64,000 nucleotides of DNA. Origin: Labilithrix sp. Its GTDB lineage: Bacteria; Myxococcota_A; Polyangia; Polyangiales; Polyangiaceae. The notes beneath the pieces are model-generated. The model was not told the DNA's origin and did no database searches. It saw only the letters and a list, made by a program, of their open reading frames with translations. Of the stretch, positions 1 to 10,423 are shown piece after piece (within the stretch, counting starts at the first letter, position 1; every line of letters begins with the position of its first letter). The stretch covers positions 1,129 through 65,128 of the forward strand of contig JBGAFW010000037.1 in the NCBI GenBank assembly GCA_044227045.1. Direction: 5' to 3'. Made by a program: the position numbers and the translations under genes.

Positions 1-1
1 G

Positions 2-1489
2 CGTTATGCCGGTGGGATCGTCTCGGGTACGACACGCGAGCCGGCCAAAGACCTTTATGGGGAAGGCCAAATACGCATTTACGACGCGGGGGCCTATGTC
101 GAAGCTCCGCTCGCGAAGGGCCGCGCGACGGTAGGGGTGGGCGGCCGTTATTCGTATACCGCGGGGATCATCTCGCTGCTCGCGCCCGATTTGACGCTCG
201 ACTATCGCGACTACAACGCTCGATTCTCGTATGCGCTCGACGACAAATGGCGAGCCTCGGCGGTGGCCCTCGGCGCCTTCGATTACGCCTCGAACAAGGT
301 CGACGGGCGAGAAGAGGTGTTCTTCGCCTCCGAGTTTCATCGCCTCGATCTGCGGCTCGATCGAAAAGGCGAAGACGGCGCGACCAGCCGCATCGCGGCC
401 ACGGTGGGCATCGACCGCACGCGGCTCGAGGATGCGCGCTTCGCTCAAGACGTGATCACCGGGCTGCGAGGTCGTCACGGCTGGCCGGTCTCGCGCAATG
501 TCGACGCTGAGATCGGCATCGACGCGCTCATCGACTTCTACGGCGGCGATTTACCAAGCCCCTATGCGGTGCCGCGGCGCTCGTATCAACAAGCCGTCGC
601 GCTGTTCTCGCCGCGAACGGAGACCTCCACTGGCGCGTGGGTGTCCTCCACCTATCGGCCATCGCATGGCTGGGAGGTCACCACCACGCTTCGCGGCGAC
701 GTCTACACGAGCGAGGGAAAGATCGCGATCGGCCCAAGCCCGCGCGCGACGATGCGCGTGCCGATCATCGCCAACCGACTGAGCTTCCTCGCGGCGCTCG
801 GCATCGCGCCACAACCGCCCGCCTTCGCGATCCCCGTGCCTGCCGTCGGCTACCACGGCCTGCCCGGCGGGCTTGCGTATGCATACCAAAAGAGCGCAGG
901 GACCGAGCTAAAGCTCCCGTGGAAATTCACTCTTACGACGGTCGGATTTCATCACAGCTACTTCAACCTCCGCGACTTCTCGCAAGACCGCGGCGACGTG
1001 AATTTCGACGAGCCGGTGCTCGAGACCACCTCACCGACGCAAGCGTTCGGGCTCGAGATCCTCCTCATGCGAAAGCTGAGCGAGCGCTACTCGGTATTTG
1101 GCAGCGCCACGATCTCGCGCGCGCAGCTCGGGTCGACACGAACTTCACCGGCGCAGCTCAGCCCGTTCGACCGCACGTATGTCGCGCAGATCGGCGGCGT
1201 CGCCGACCTTGGTCGTCACTGGACGCTGTCCTCGCGCTTTCTCACGTATGCGGGTTGGCCCGGCGAAAAGCCCGGCGATCCGCGCCTCGATCCATTTTAC
1301 CGAGTCGACGCACGGATCGAAAAGCGTTGGGTGTGGCGCGAGCATCGCTACATTGCATTCGTGATGGAGGGACTCAACGTGACCGGGTCGAAGGACATCG
1401 TCGGTCGCAGCTGCGATGGCGGAAAATGCCGCAATCAGGAGCTCGGCCCCATCATCGCGCCAAACATCGGCGTGGAGGGAGCGCTCTGA
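2..1489 (+). CDS. hypothetical protein, 5'-truncated at window edge; possible outer-membrane beta-barrel protein (Gly/Tyr/Phe-rich alternating-strand composition)
   Basis: The frame is open from nt 2 with no stop and ends at TGA 1487-1489. Third-codon-position GC (GC3) is high. ORF-track protein MGGRYSYTAG... continues upstream of the window. Confidence 0.5.
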   Translation, partial: RYAGGIVSGTTREPAKDLYGEGQIRIYDAGAYVEAPLAKGRATVGVGGRYSYTAGIISLLAPDLTLDYRDYNARFSYALDDKWRASAVALGAFDYASNKVDGREEVFFASEFHRLDLRLDRKGEDGATSRIAATVGIDRTRLEDARFAQDVITGLRGRHGWPVSRNVDAEIGIDALIDFYGGDLPSPYAVPRRSYQQAVALFSPRTETSTGAWVSSTYRPSHGWEVTTTLRGDVYTSEGKIAIGPSPRATMRVPIIANRLSFLAALGIAPQPPAFAIPVPAVGYHGLPGGLAYAYQKSAGTELKLPWKFTLTTVGFHHSYFNLRDFSQDRGDVNFDEPVLETTSPTQAFGLEILLMRKLSERYSVFGSATISRAQLGSTRTSPAQLSPFDRTYVAQIGGVADLGRHWTLSSRFLTYAGWPGEKPGDPRLDPFYRVDARIEKRWVWREHRYIAFVMEGLNVTGSKDIVGRSCDGGKCRNQELGPIIAPNIGVEGAL

Positions 1490-2358
1490 TGGCGGTCGCG
1501 CCTCCCTTGAGACAGCCGTGGAAGACGCGCGTGGTCGCCGCGCTGGCGCTCGCCAGCGTCGTGTTCGCATGCGTCCCAGCGTCCGAGAAGCATCCACCTG
1601 CCGGCGCGGGCGGCTTCGTCATCGAGCCATCACCCGGAGCGCGCGGTGAGCCGTTCACGACGCGCGAAGGATGGACGATCACGATCGACAAGCTGATGGT
1701 TCGCGCCCGCGTCAGCGTGAACCCGACCGTCTCGAACAACGGCACGTACACGCAAGAGCGCAACGAAGCGCACCTCTTCGACGGATCGAAGCAGGCGCAG
1801 ATCTTCACGCCCGGTGTCGATGTCGGCGACGCACGAATATCGGCATCGCTCGACTCACGCTCCATCTACTTCGGGCCGGACAGCAACTACAAGGAGGACC
1901 TCGATATCGTCAACGTCGGCCCCGAAGACGTCGCGCGCTTCGAGCAGGCGGCAGACCAGGGGCTCCAGGGCGCCAGCGGCTACGTCTATGGCTCGGGCCC
2001 AAGCGTGCTCCTCGAGCTTCACGCGACGAAGGCGGAGCGCACCATGTCGCTTCGCACGGCCATCAGCACGGGATATGGCAGCTTCGATGACCGCGGTGGA
2101 GTCGTCATCATCACGATCCTAGAGGACGACGTCTCGTACGCCCAGCTCGACGTTCGGCCAGAGGCGGTCTTCGACGCATCGTTGCCGTTCGAGATGCTGC
2201 TCGGTGCGGACGCGAACGGCGACGGCGTGGTCACGGGCGAAGAGCTGAGGTTGGCCGCGCCGCCGACGACCTCGGCGAACCGAGTGGGTAGCGAGACGCT
2301 CCTCGACACCCTCGCGACGCAGCTAGGCTCGCGGCTGCTCGTTCCCGCGTCTCGATGA
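1489..2358 (+). CDS. lipoprotein, unknown function
   Basis: ATG 1489 overlaps the upstream TGA (TGATG, translational coupling). N-terminal signal peptide plus lipobox (LALASVVFAC). It is the C-terminal 289 aa of the 637..2358 ORF; the upstream part of that ORF is antisense shadow. Confidence 0.6.
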   Translation: MAVAPPLRQPWKTRVVAALALASVVFACVPASEKHPPAGAGGFVIEPSPGARGEPFTTREGWTITIDKLMVRARVSVNPTVSNNGTYTQERNEAHLFDGSKQAQIFTPGVDVGDARISASLDSRSIYFGPDSNYKEDLDIVNVGPEDVARFEQAADQGLQGASGYVYGSGPSVLLELHATKAERTMSLRTAISTGYGSFDDRGGVVIITILEDDVSYAQLDVRPEAVFDASLPFEMLLGADANGDGVVTGEELRLAAPPTTSANRVGSETLLDTLATQLGSRLLVPASR

Positions 2359-2369
2359 GGGCCGAGCGT

Positions 2370-3254
2370 TCACGTCGTCGTCGGGCGCTCTTGCCACTTC
2401 GTGGAGGAGCGGAGGACGTCGATGAGATCGGCGTTGTTGTCGACGCTCGCATGCGCCGAGGTGATCCGCTCGAGGTGAGGCATCTCGGGTGCCGCACGCA
2501 CGATCGCCGCGGCATTGTCGAGCGAGATGGGGCCTTGAAGGACGATCGCCTGAAGGGAGCGAAGCGCGAGGAGCGCGTCCTCGGCGAACGTGACCCTCGT
2601 CGAGCCTGGATAGGACGCGACGCCGAGATGAAGCTCGGCGAGCGGCGTCGCCCGAGCAAGACGAGTCGCGCGCTCGAGCGTCAGATCGCTGCTCCATTGC
2701 ACGGCCGAGACGAATCCGCGGTCGTACGAACGAATCTCCAAATACTGCGCGACGGAACCGAGCCATAGTCGTTCGAGTCGGTACTTCGTGGCTTCGAGGT
2801 CGTCAGACCACGTGCCTGCACACGAGGCGTTGAGGACGGGGCCGCGCGGATCGTTTCGTTCGCAGAGCCAGTCCGCGAGGACGGCGCGCGGGGCGATGTC
2901 GGCGGGATGCTCGAGCACGCCGGCGAAGAGCCCGCTGGCGTGGAGCATCTCGACGTGGTCGTCGAGGGTATCGTTTACACGCGCGACGAGATAGGCGAGC
3001 GCCGCGGGATCCCACGGATAAGGCCCGAGCATCCGCTGCACCGAGAAGTCGTAGAACTGGCGCGCGCGAAAGCTCTCGACTTGCGATCGCTTCACGTACG
3101 CTTCGACATACCGATGCGACTTGCGATGCCGGCCCACGACGCGCAGGCGCTCGGCGTCATCCCAAAGGCTCGTCCGCGCGAGCCAAAGCTTCGCGCCCGG
3201 CGCAAACAAACGTGTGCCGGGAGGGCGACGCGTTCCATCGTCGCGCAGAGGCAT
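2370..3254 (-). CDS. TIGR02996-type repeat-companion domain protein (ADWLCERNDPRG motif near N-terminus)
   Basis: Only the C-terminal ~294 aa of the 739-aa ORF 2370..4589 is credible. It starts MPLRDDG... and carries the motif RAVLADWLCERNDPRGPV. The rest of that ORF is antisense to the desaturase gene. Confidence 0.5.
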   Translation of the reverse strand: MPLRDDGTRRPPGTRLFAPGAKLWLARTSLWDDAERLRVVGRHRKSHRYVEAYVKRSQVESFRARQFYDFSVQRMLGPYPWDPAALAYLVARVNDTLDDHVEMLHASGLFAGVLEHPADIAPRAVLADWLCERNDPRGPVLNASCAGTWSDDLEATKYRLERLWLGSVAQYLEIRSYDRGFVSAVQWSSDLTLERATRLARATPLAELHLGVASYPGSTRVTFAEDALLALRSLQAIVLQGPISLDNAAAIVRAAPEMPHLERITSAHASVDNNADLIDVLRSSTKWQERPTTT

Positions 3255-3473
3255 AACGCGACGCACGTTGGCGACGAGGCACCAGCCAAGCGGCTGCCTT
3301 GACGCTTCGGGTTGTTCGTCGTCGTCGATGTGGGTGGTCACGGGAGGCCTAAAAGACGGACGAAACCTAAGCATGCCTGCCAGACGGCGCCATCGGCCGA
3401 CCTCGAGAAGTGTACCGCCAGACGCAAAGAGTGCGTTTGGTCCCACCGCCGAAGATGGCGTCCTAGTCAAAGA

Positions 3474-4625
3474 ATGACGGTGAGGAGCGCCGAAGCGCGC
3501 CATGCTTCCTGCATGCAGACGGCCTCGGAGCGCGTGCGCTTCGCGAAGAGAAGCGATTTTGCGCGGGACCTCGAGATCTCCGCTGACGCGTATTTCGCGA
3601 CGCATGGGAAAGAGCGGCGCGACCTCCCGCGCATGTACCTGAAGACGATCATCATCTTGCTTTGGTTCGTCGGCTCCTGGGCCCTCCTCGTCTTCGGCGC
3701 GAAGAACGGCTGGCAAGGAGCGCTCGCGGCGATCTCGCTCGGCCTCTCGATCGCCGGAGTGGGGATGAGCATCCAGCACGACGCGAATCACGGCGCGTAC
3801 TCGAAGCACAAGTGGATCAACCGCATCTTCGGCTCCACGCTCGATGTCATGGGCGTGAGCTCGTTCATCTGGCGTCCCAAGCACAACATCGGTCACCACA
3901 CGTTCACGAACATCCAGGACATCGACTTCGATCTCGACTTCGGCTCGCTCGCCCGCTTGGCGCCCACGCAGGCGTACCACCCGTGGCATCGCTACCAGCA
4001 CCTCTACCTCTGGTTCTTCTACGGCTTCTTGCTGCCGAAATGGGTCTTCTACGACGACTTCGTCATCTTGCGACGGCGATGGATCGGAGCACACAGGCTC
4101 CCGCCGCCTGGTCCCCTGGACCTCGCGACCTTCGCGTTCTGGAAGGTCTTCTTCGTCGGATGGGCGATCGTCATCCCGGCGATGGTTCATCCGCTCTGGC
4201 AGGTGCTCCTGTTTCACGCGATCGCGGCGTTCACGCTTGGCGTCACGCTGGGCACCGTCTTTCAGCTCGCGCACTGCACCGGCGCCGCCTCGTTTCCACC
4301 GCTCCCGATCGTGGCGCCAGCGAGCACGCCACCAGGCCCGGCGCACATGCCGACGGATTGGGCGACGCACCAGCTCCAAACCACGGTCGACTTCGGCCCC
4401 CGGAACGATGTCCTCACATGGTTCGTGGGCGGGCTCAACTACCAGGTCGTGCACCACCTCTTCCCGAAGGTGTGCCATCTCCACTATCCCGCGCTCTCCG
4501 CGATCGTCACGGACGTCGCGGTTCGGCACGGCCTCGTTCATCGAAGCGAGCGGACGCTCGGCCATGCGCTCTCGGCGCACTTCACCCATCTCCGCGCGAT
4601 GGGCTGCAAGCCCGTGCTGGTGTGA
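3474..4625 (+). CDS. membrane fatty-acid desaturase (three His boxes)
   Basis: His boxes HDANHGAY, HNIGHHTF and QVVHHLFP, with multiple TM segments. Start chosen at ATG 3474 (MTVRSAE...) because the upstream in-frame part has poor coding character. Confidence 0.8.
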   Translation: MTVRSAEARHASCMQTASERVRFAKRSDFARDLEISADAYFATHGKERRDLPRMYLKTIIILLWFVGSWALLVFGAKNGWQGALAAISLGLSIAGVGMSIQHDANHGAYSKHKWINRIFGSTLDVMGVSSFIWRPKHNIGHHTFTNIQDIDFDLDFGSLARLAPTQAYHPWHRYQHLYLWFFYGFLLPKWVFYDDFVILRRRWIGAHRLPPPGPLDLATFAFWKVFFVGWAIVIPAMVHPLWQVLLFHAIAAFTLGVTLGTVFQLAHCTGAASFPPLPIVAPASTPPGPAHMPTDWATHQLQTTVDFGPRNDVLTWFVGGLNYQVVHHLFPKVCHLHYPALSAIVTDVAVRHGLVHRSERTLGHALSAHFTHLRAMGCKPVLV

Positions 4626-4643
4626 GGCGAAGATCGAGACGTG

Positions 4644-6509
4644 CTACTTCGGCGTCCGCTCGATGCCGACGAGGGTGTGCCCCTTCGACGGTCCGCGATC
4701 GTAGAGATGAAGCTCGAGCGGTCCCTCCGCGACACCGTTCGCGATGCGGAGGACGACGTAGCGGCTCGGATCGTCTTCGGCGGCCGCAGCGCTGTCGGGC
4801 ATCGCCGACGTGAGCGGTAGACAGAGCCGTCCGTCATCGCCGGTGACGACCTCCCGCGGCTCCGGCTTCGCGTTCGGGCCTCGTGCGATCATCGCGCGAT
4901 AGCGGAAGCTCGCCATGGGCCACGTCTGCGTCTTCCGCGCAAGATCGACCGCGCAGAGCTCCTCGCGACCGTCGCGTCGCTCCACGCTGACATCGGCGAT
5001 CGGCGAGAGCTTCGAGAAATAGCGCGTCATGAGCGTCCGTTGCCGAGCGAGAAGCACGCGCAAGAGAAAGGCTCGGTGATCGGGGCTCGTCAGGTCGCCG
5101 GCGCGAATGGCAGCCTCGATGTGACTCTTCGTGAAGCGCGCGATGATGCGCGTCGCCCACGCAGCATCCCCCTCGCTCATGTTCTGAAAGGCGGGGTTTG
5201 GATACTCGCCACGCCACACGTCGGGATCGAAGTCGCGCTCGCTGAAGAACCCGAAGATCGGCGCCTCTGGGTTGCGATGGTTGCGATCCCAGGGGCGCTG
5301 CGGAACGCCAAAGGTCACGAAATCTTCGAAGAGGTAAGGGAAGTCGAGCATGTACGCGTGGCCATGCCGTCGCGAGAACCCCTCGACCGTCCACTCGCTT
5401 CCGAACGAGTCACCGAGGTCGATGTACCAGTGGCGGGTGTGGCCACGGTTCGAGGCGTGCTTCTTCTCGTCTCTCTTCTTGTCGCCGTCGGGTGCGTCCT
5501 TCTTCTCTTTCTCGTCGGGCGCTGCCTGCTTTCGCGTGTCGAACGCCGCGATGGCCCGCGCCTCTTCCTCTTCCGCGCCTTCCTCCATCCACGTCACCAT
5601 CGAGTTTTGCTCGCGTGAATCGAAGTGGTTGAGCCAAGCCGCGATCACGCGCGCGCCGCGCAAATCGCGCCTGTGCTCGTGAGGAATCACGTCGGAGGGA
5701 TCGTCATCTCGAACGCCGTCGTAGGTGAAGGGCCCTAGCGACTCGCCTGGCAACCATCGCGACGCCGCCGCGCGAAAGAGAGGTCCGCGCTTCGATGTCT
5801 GCTCGAGGATGCGATCGAGGAGCTGCTCGTCGAACTTCTTCGCGACGCCGACGTTCGCCTTGATCGTGAGGCCAGGCTTCAGCTTCAGGATCGAGCGCGG
5901 AAAATACACGACGGCATCGCAAGGAGCCCACCAGCCGGCCGCGTAGTAGAAGCGCGACGCGATCGCCGTCGCCGCTGTTGGCCGTTCGCCTTGGCCATCG
6001 TCGATCGAATCGGTCTTGAGCATGTACTTCACGCCCTCGGACTTCACGCGGAAGCCGGGGTTGGCGCCGTTGTCTTTGCCGTGATCGATGAGCCACGCCT
6101 CATCGGGCAGCTTCGGGTTCAGCATCTTGCCGGCGCGGCAGTAGCCGTCGAAGACTTCGTCGTCGGTCATCGGGCGCACGCCGATGCGGTTGACGAACCA
6201 GCTCGAGTCGGGGACCTCATCGAAGGCGTTGACGTTCCGCGCCTCACCCTTCGATTTGACGATCAGCGTCCACGAGATCGGCCGAAAGAGAATGTTATCG
6301 ACCGCGTCCCACGCGAAATAGGACGTGTACTCCTCGATGCAAGGCGCCTTCTTTGCGTCTTTACCTTTGCAGTCGAGCTGAATGTCGTCGAGGTCTTGAT
6401 CGCGAAGTACGGGCGCCCGCAGCGCATATCGACGCGGATCGCCGTGCGCGCATGCGCCGGCTCCCAAGACGACGAGCCCCGCGAGGACGAACCGGGAATC
6501 AAAGCCCAT
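4644..6509 (-). CDS. large lipoprotein, unknown function
   Basis: 621-aa ORF with signal peptide plus lipobox (LGAGAC). High GC3. Overlaps the upstream gene by 11 nt, which suggests an operon. Confidence 0.65.
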   Translation of the reverse strand: MGFDSRFVLAGLVVLGAGACAHGDPRRYALRAPVLRDQDLDDIQLDCKGKDAKKAPCIEEYTSYFAWDAVDNILFRPISWTLIVKSKGEARNVNAFDEVPDSSWFVNRIGVRPMTDDEVFDGYCRAGKMLNPKLPDEAWLIDHGKDNGANPGFRVKSEGVKYMLKTDSIDDGQGERPTAATAIASRFYYAAGWWAPCDAVVYFPRSILKLKPGLTIKANVGVAKKFDEQLLDRILEQTSKRGPLFRAAASRWLPGESLGPFTYDGVRDDDPSDVIPHEHRRDLRGARVIAAWLNHFDSREQNSMVTWMEEGAEEEEARAIAAFDTRKQAAPDEKEKKDAPDGDKKRDEKKHASNRGHTRHWYIDLGDSFGSEWTVEGFSRRHGHAYMLDFPYLFEDFVTFGVPQRPWDRNHRNPEAPIFGFFSERDFDPDVWRGEYPNPAFQNMSEGDAAWATRIIARFTKSHIEAAIRAGDLTSPDHRAFLLRVLLARQRTLMTRYFSKLSPIADVSVERRDGREELCAVDLARKTQTWPMASFRYRAMIARGPNAKPEPREVVTGDDGRLCLPLTSAMPDSAAAAEDDPSRYVVLRIANGVAEGPLELHLYDRGPSKGHTLVGIERTPK

Positions 6510-7869
6510 GATGTGACCCCACGAGAAAGCGAAACGAGCTTACGCCAAAGCCTTGATCGAGCGGGTCGGTGCCAGCCCCGACGCTAAGCTCGAATCCAGA
6601 GTCGCGGTCGCCGTTCGATCGAATGCCAAGCGAGCCGCTCAATCGCGATTTGCCAAACGAGAATTGCTCGAAATGCGTCCCATACACATTGCCCATTTCG
6701 ACGTGCGCGACGCCGTCGAGATAAACCCATATCGGCCACGTGTATTGCAATGTAGCGATCGCGCCACTTCGGTCGATGAGGCGATTCCGAACGAACCCGG
6801 ACATGCGCTCTCCACCAAAGGACACCTGCTCTGTAAATGGAATGCTCCCCACGATCGGGTCCGCGAGCTCGGCGTCGACGCCGAGCGCGATGACACGCTG
6901 CGTGCCGGTGACGTCGATGGCGACGCCCATCGAGCCGCCATAACGAATCCAGCTCCGGCGAGGCTCACCTGCCGCGCCGTCGACCGGAAACATGGTCTCT
7001 TCGTGCGCTTCGACGCGTAGCCCGCTCCCTGGCTCTGGGCGCGGCTTGCGCGTGTCGAATGCGACGCTCGCGCGTTGAAAGCCGCCGGCGTATCCGAGGC
7101 CGAAGCCAGGAGGATTGGGAAAGCGCCCTGCCGCGACGGAGTCCGCGACGGAAGGATCGGCGCAGCAGGTGCCGTCGAAGAATCCGAGGCCACGGCCGCC
7201 CACGCTTGCTTCGAACGAGCTCGAGTCGCCCATCTCGCGCGCATAGCCGGGCGCGACCTCGAGGGTCTGGATCGCCACGCGGCTTCGATCACCCTGGAGC
7301 GAGCGAGGTCCGACTCCGAAGAAGGGGTTGTCACGCCGTCGCACGAAGGCCACGCCGAACGTGAGGTGCTCACGCTTGGCGAGGTCGTATTGATCCTTTG
7401 CCTTGATCGAGAGCCAGTCGGTGCCCCATGTGCCGAAGTGCAGCTTCAGCGTGTTGTCGTCCGAGCCGAGGTACTTCCACGAGAGGTTGAAGCCGACGCT
7501 CGGCAAGAGCCCAAAGTCGAACAAAGCCGACGGATAGATCGTCACCTGCCGCCGCGGCCCGAACGAGAAGAGCTCCTTCGCTTCGTCGATCCACTGGCCG
7601 CGCTCCGAAGCACGCGTGAGCGCGCCGAGCGGAATGCGAAGGACGACCTCGTTCACGAGCCAGAGCGGAAACAAGATCACGCGGAGCGGCCATGCGAGCA
7701 CGTCGCCAGCGTCGGTCTCCGGCGGGGGATGGCCGTAGTCCTGCGGCGGGCGCTTGTCGTCGGCGTGCGCGCGTACCGCTCCGAGAAGGGACAGCGCGAC
7801 GATCAGCGTGCCCACGGCAAGCCGTCCTCCAATGGAGCGCGCCTTCGAGAGCTGACCGCAGGGACCCAT
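6499..7869 (-). CDS. secreted protein, putative outer-membrane beta-barrel-like
   Basis: 456 aa with an N-terminal signal peptide (LIVALSLLGAVRAHA). Gly/Phe/Tyr-rich alternating pattern. It lies upstream of and overlaps 4644..6509. Confidence 0.55.
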   Translation of the reverse strand: MGPCGQLSKARSIGGRLAVGTLIVALSLLGAVRAHADDKRPPQDYGHPPPETDAGDVLAWPLRVILFPLWLVNEVVLRIPLGALTRASERGQWIDEAKELFSFGPRRQVTIYPSALFDFGLLPSVGFNLSWKYLGSDDNTLKLHFGTWGTDWLSIKAKDQYDLAKREHLTFGVAFVRRRDNPFFGVGPRSLQGDRSRVAIQTLEVAPGYAREMGDSSSFEASVGGRGLGFFDGTCCADPSVADSVAAGRFPNPPGFGLGYAGGFQRASVAFDTRKPRPEPGSGLRVEAHEETMFPVDGAAGEPRRSWIRYGGSMGVAIDVTGTQRVIALGVDAELADPIVGSIPFTEQVSFGGERMSGFVRNRLIDRSGAIATLQYTWPIWVYLDGVAHVEMGNVYGTHFEQFSFGKSRLSGSLGIRSNGDRDSGFELSVGAGTDPLDQGFGVSSFRFLVGSHHGL

Positions 7870-7991
7870 GACACTCTGGCGTGAACGGCGTCACGCGAAG
7901 GGCGAACACCTAACACTCTCCGGCATGGGTTCGCGCAGAATTTGCGCCACAGCGTCGAATTCTCGATAAAGTACGAGCGGTTGGCTGTGCT

Positions 7992-8825
7992 TCAGCGCGT
8001 CGAAATGACGGGGTCTTCGAAGAGCTCGACGTCATAGTCGACGAGGACGAGCACGGACTCTTCGAACTCCTTGAGGGCCGCGCGCATGTCCCCGTCGAGC
8101 GGGCGCAGGCGAACGAGCGCGCCTGGTGTGCCCGTCCCGCGCCGCACGACCGACCCCGACAGCGTGAGGATCTCGTTCGTGATCGGATGAACGATCTGAA
8201 CATGGACGTTGGCCCCGAGCATCACCGGCGTCGTGGTCGGCACGAAGAACATGCCCGTCGGGATCTGCTGCTCGATGATGTTCGAGAGCTCTTCGAACGT
8301 CGCTGGTTGAAGCTGAATGGCGACTGCCGTCGGCTCGCGCTCCTGCAGACGCATCACGTAACTCGCCCGCGCGAAGAAGATCGTGTCCTCCGATCGCGAC
8401 GCCGCCGCGCTCGCGCGGAGTGACTGCACGAGCCCTTCCCACCGGCGCTTCACCGGACCGTTCAACGCGACGAAGCGCGCCGCGAAGCCCGGGTAGTGAT
8501 CCGCCTCCGTGTCGGGCTTGATCACGTTCGTGACGTGCGCCGAGATGTCGAGCACCGACTCTGCCTGTTGCCCGTCGGAAGGCAACGTGAAGAGGAGACG
8601 CACGAGCGAGTTCAGCGGAGGTGACTCTGTCGTTCGGATGAACGCGCCAGCGAAGCCGATCTCGCTCGTCAAAAGCTCGAGGTTTTCACTTCGACGTTTC
8701 AGCGTGACGGCAAGCGCGCACCGATACATGCGATCGGACGGCAAGATGCTGTTCGTGGTGCTGTTGTTGGGCGGCGAAGTCGTCACGCGGGCGTTGATTC
8801 TAGCTCGGGTTCCTTCGTGGTCCAC
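7992..8825 (-). CDS. PilZ-like domain protein
   Basis: Has the RxxxR...(D/T)xSExG-like pattern (RCALAVTLKRR ... LTSEIGFAGAFI). The true start may be the internal ATG at 8729 (MYRCAL...). Confidence 0.4.
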   Translation of the reverse strand: MDHEGTRARINARVTTSPPNNSTTNSILPSDRMYRCALAVTLKRRSENLELLTSEIGFAGAFIRTTESPPLNSLVRLLFTLPSDGQQAESVLDISAHVTNVIKPDTEADHYPGFAARFVALNGPVKRRWEGLVQSLRASAAASRSEDTIFFARASYVMRLQEREPTAVAIQLQPATFEELSNIIEQQIPTGMFFVPTTTPVMLGANVHVQIVHPITNEILTLSGSVVRRGTGTPGALVRLRPLDGDMRAALKEFEESVLVLVDYDVELFEDPVISTR

Positions 8826-8857
8826 CTCCCACTTTCAACCGCGGCTCGTTTGCGGCC

Positions 8858-10336
8858 CTACTTCGTCATTGCCTTCGCGAGCGTGGAGCGCTTGTTGCCG
8901 TAGCCGAAGTAGATGGCGAGACCGATGACGAGCCACACACCTAGGCGCGCCCAATTGGGCCAGCCAAGACCGAAGATCATCGCGCCACAGATCAGCGCGC
9001 CAAGCGTCGCGACGACCGGCAACGCGGGGACGCGGAACGGACGGACGAGCTGAGGCTCCTTCACACGCAGGATCCACACGCCGATCGACACGAGGATGAA
9101 CGCGAACAGCGTCCCGATGCTCGTCATGTCACCCACGATGTCACCGGGGACGAAGCCGGCGAAGAAGCCGACGAAGCCGAGGAAGAGCAGATTCGATTTG
9201 TAGGGGGTTCGAAACCGCGGATGGAGCTCGGAGAACGCCTTCGGGACGAGCCCATCGCGACTCAGCGAGTAAAACACGCGCGACTGGCCCATGAGGAGCA
9301 CGAGGATGACGGACGAGAAGCCGCCCAGGATGGCGACCGTCACGGCGCTGGACAGCCACTTGTAGCCGGGCATCGCGCGCTCGATCGCTTGCGCGACCGA
9401 GGCCTCGCTACCTGCATTTCGAAAGAACTCGACGGGCGCGAGGCCGGTCAACACATGCGCGAACAAGACATAAAGCACCGTGCAAACGGCGAGGGATCCC
9501 AAGATGCCGATCGGCATGTCGCGTTTGGGGTTCTTCGCTTCTTGCGCCGCGGTCGACACGGCGTCGAACCCGATGAACGCAAAGAACACGATACCGGCCG
9601 CGCCGAGGATGCCCATCATGCCGCCGAAGGCGTGTGTGACGCCTTGCTTGTCGGTGTACTCGGTGGGCGGTGGAATGTAGGGGGTGTGATTCGCCGGATC
9701 GATGAAGCGCCATCCGAGGCCAATGATGAGGACGACGATGACGAGCTTCACGACGACGATGAGCGTGTTGATCGTCGCAGACTCTTGAATGCCGCGGACG
9801 AGCAGCATCGTGAGGACGAGCAAGATCCCGAGCGCTGGCAGGTTGATGATGCCGTGTGCGTGCGTCGCTTCGTCGATCTGAAAGGGGGAGTGGCAAAGCG
9901 CATAGGGCACCTGCACACCAAATAGCCCGAGCAGCTTGTTCAAGTATTCGCTCCACGCGATCGCGACGGTCGCCGACCCGAGCGCGTATTCGAGCGTGAG
10001 ATCCCAGCCGATGATCCACGCGATGAGCTCACCCATCGTCGCATACGTGTACGTGTACGCGCTGCCGGCGATCGGAAGCATCGAGGCGAGCTCCGCATAG
10101 CAGAGGCCTGCGAAGGCACATCCGACGGCCGCGATGATGAAGCCGAACGTGACAGAGGGCCCTGCCGCGGTCGCCGCCGCTGCCGCCGTACGCACGAAGA
10201 GTCCAGCACCGATGATGGCGCCAATGCCAAGCGCGACGAGCGACGGTGCGCCGAGCGTGCGCTTCAGACCCTTCTCGGATTCGAGCGCCTCGGCTTCGAG
10301 CTCGGCGATGGGCTTACGACCCCAAAGATGTTTCAT
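8858..10336 (-). CDS. APC-family amino-acid permease
   Basis: 492 aa with 12 predicted TM segments. The N-terminus has the typical SLVALGIGAIIGAGLF motif. Confidence 0.8.
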   Translation of the reverse strand: MKHLWGRKPIAELEAEALESEKGLKRTLGAPSLVALGIGAIIGAGLFVRTAAAAATAAGPSVTFGFIIAAVGCAFAGLCYAELASMLPIAGSAYTYTYATMGELIAWIIGWDLTLEYALGSATVAIAWSEYLNKLLGLFGVQVPYALCHSPFQIDEATHAHGIINLPALGILLVLTMLLVRGIQESATINTLIVVVKLVIVVLIIGLGWRFIDPANHTPYIPPPTEYTDKQGVTHAFGGMMGILGAAGIVFFAFIGFDAVSTAAQEAKNPKRDMPIGILGSLAVCTVLYVLFAHVLTGLAPVEFFRNAGSEASVAQAIERAMPGYKWLSSAVTVAILGGFSSVILVLLMGQSRVFYSLSRDGLVPKAFSELHPRFRTPYKSNLLFLGFVGFFAGFVPGDIVGDMTSIGTLFAFILVSIGVWILRVKEPQLVRPFRVPALPVVATLGALICGAMIFGLGWPNWARLGVWLVIGLAIYFGYGNKRSTLAKAMTK

Positions 10337-10423
10337 GGCTTTTGTCGAGCCACTCTCTCAGACCTTGCCATCCAGTTCTAGCCACTTCGCGCACAGCGGA
10401 CGCTATGATCGCACTCGTCATTC

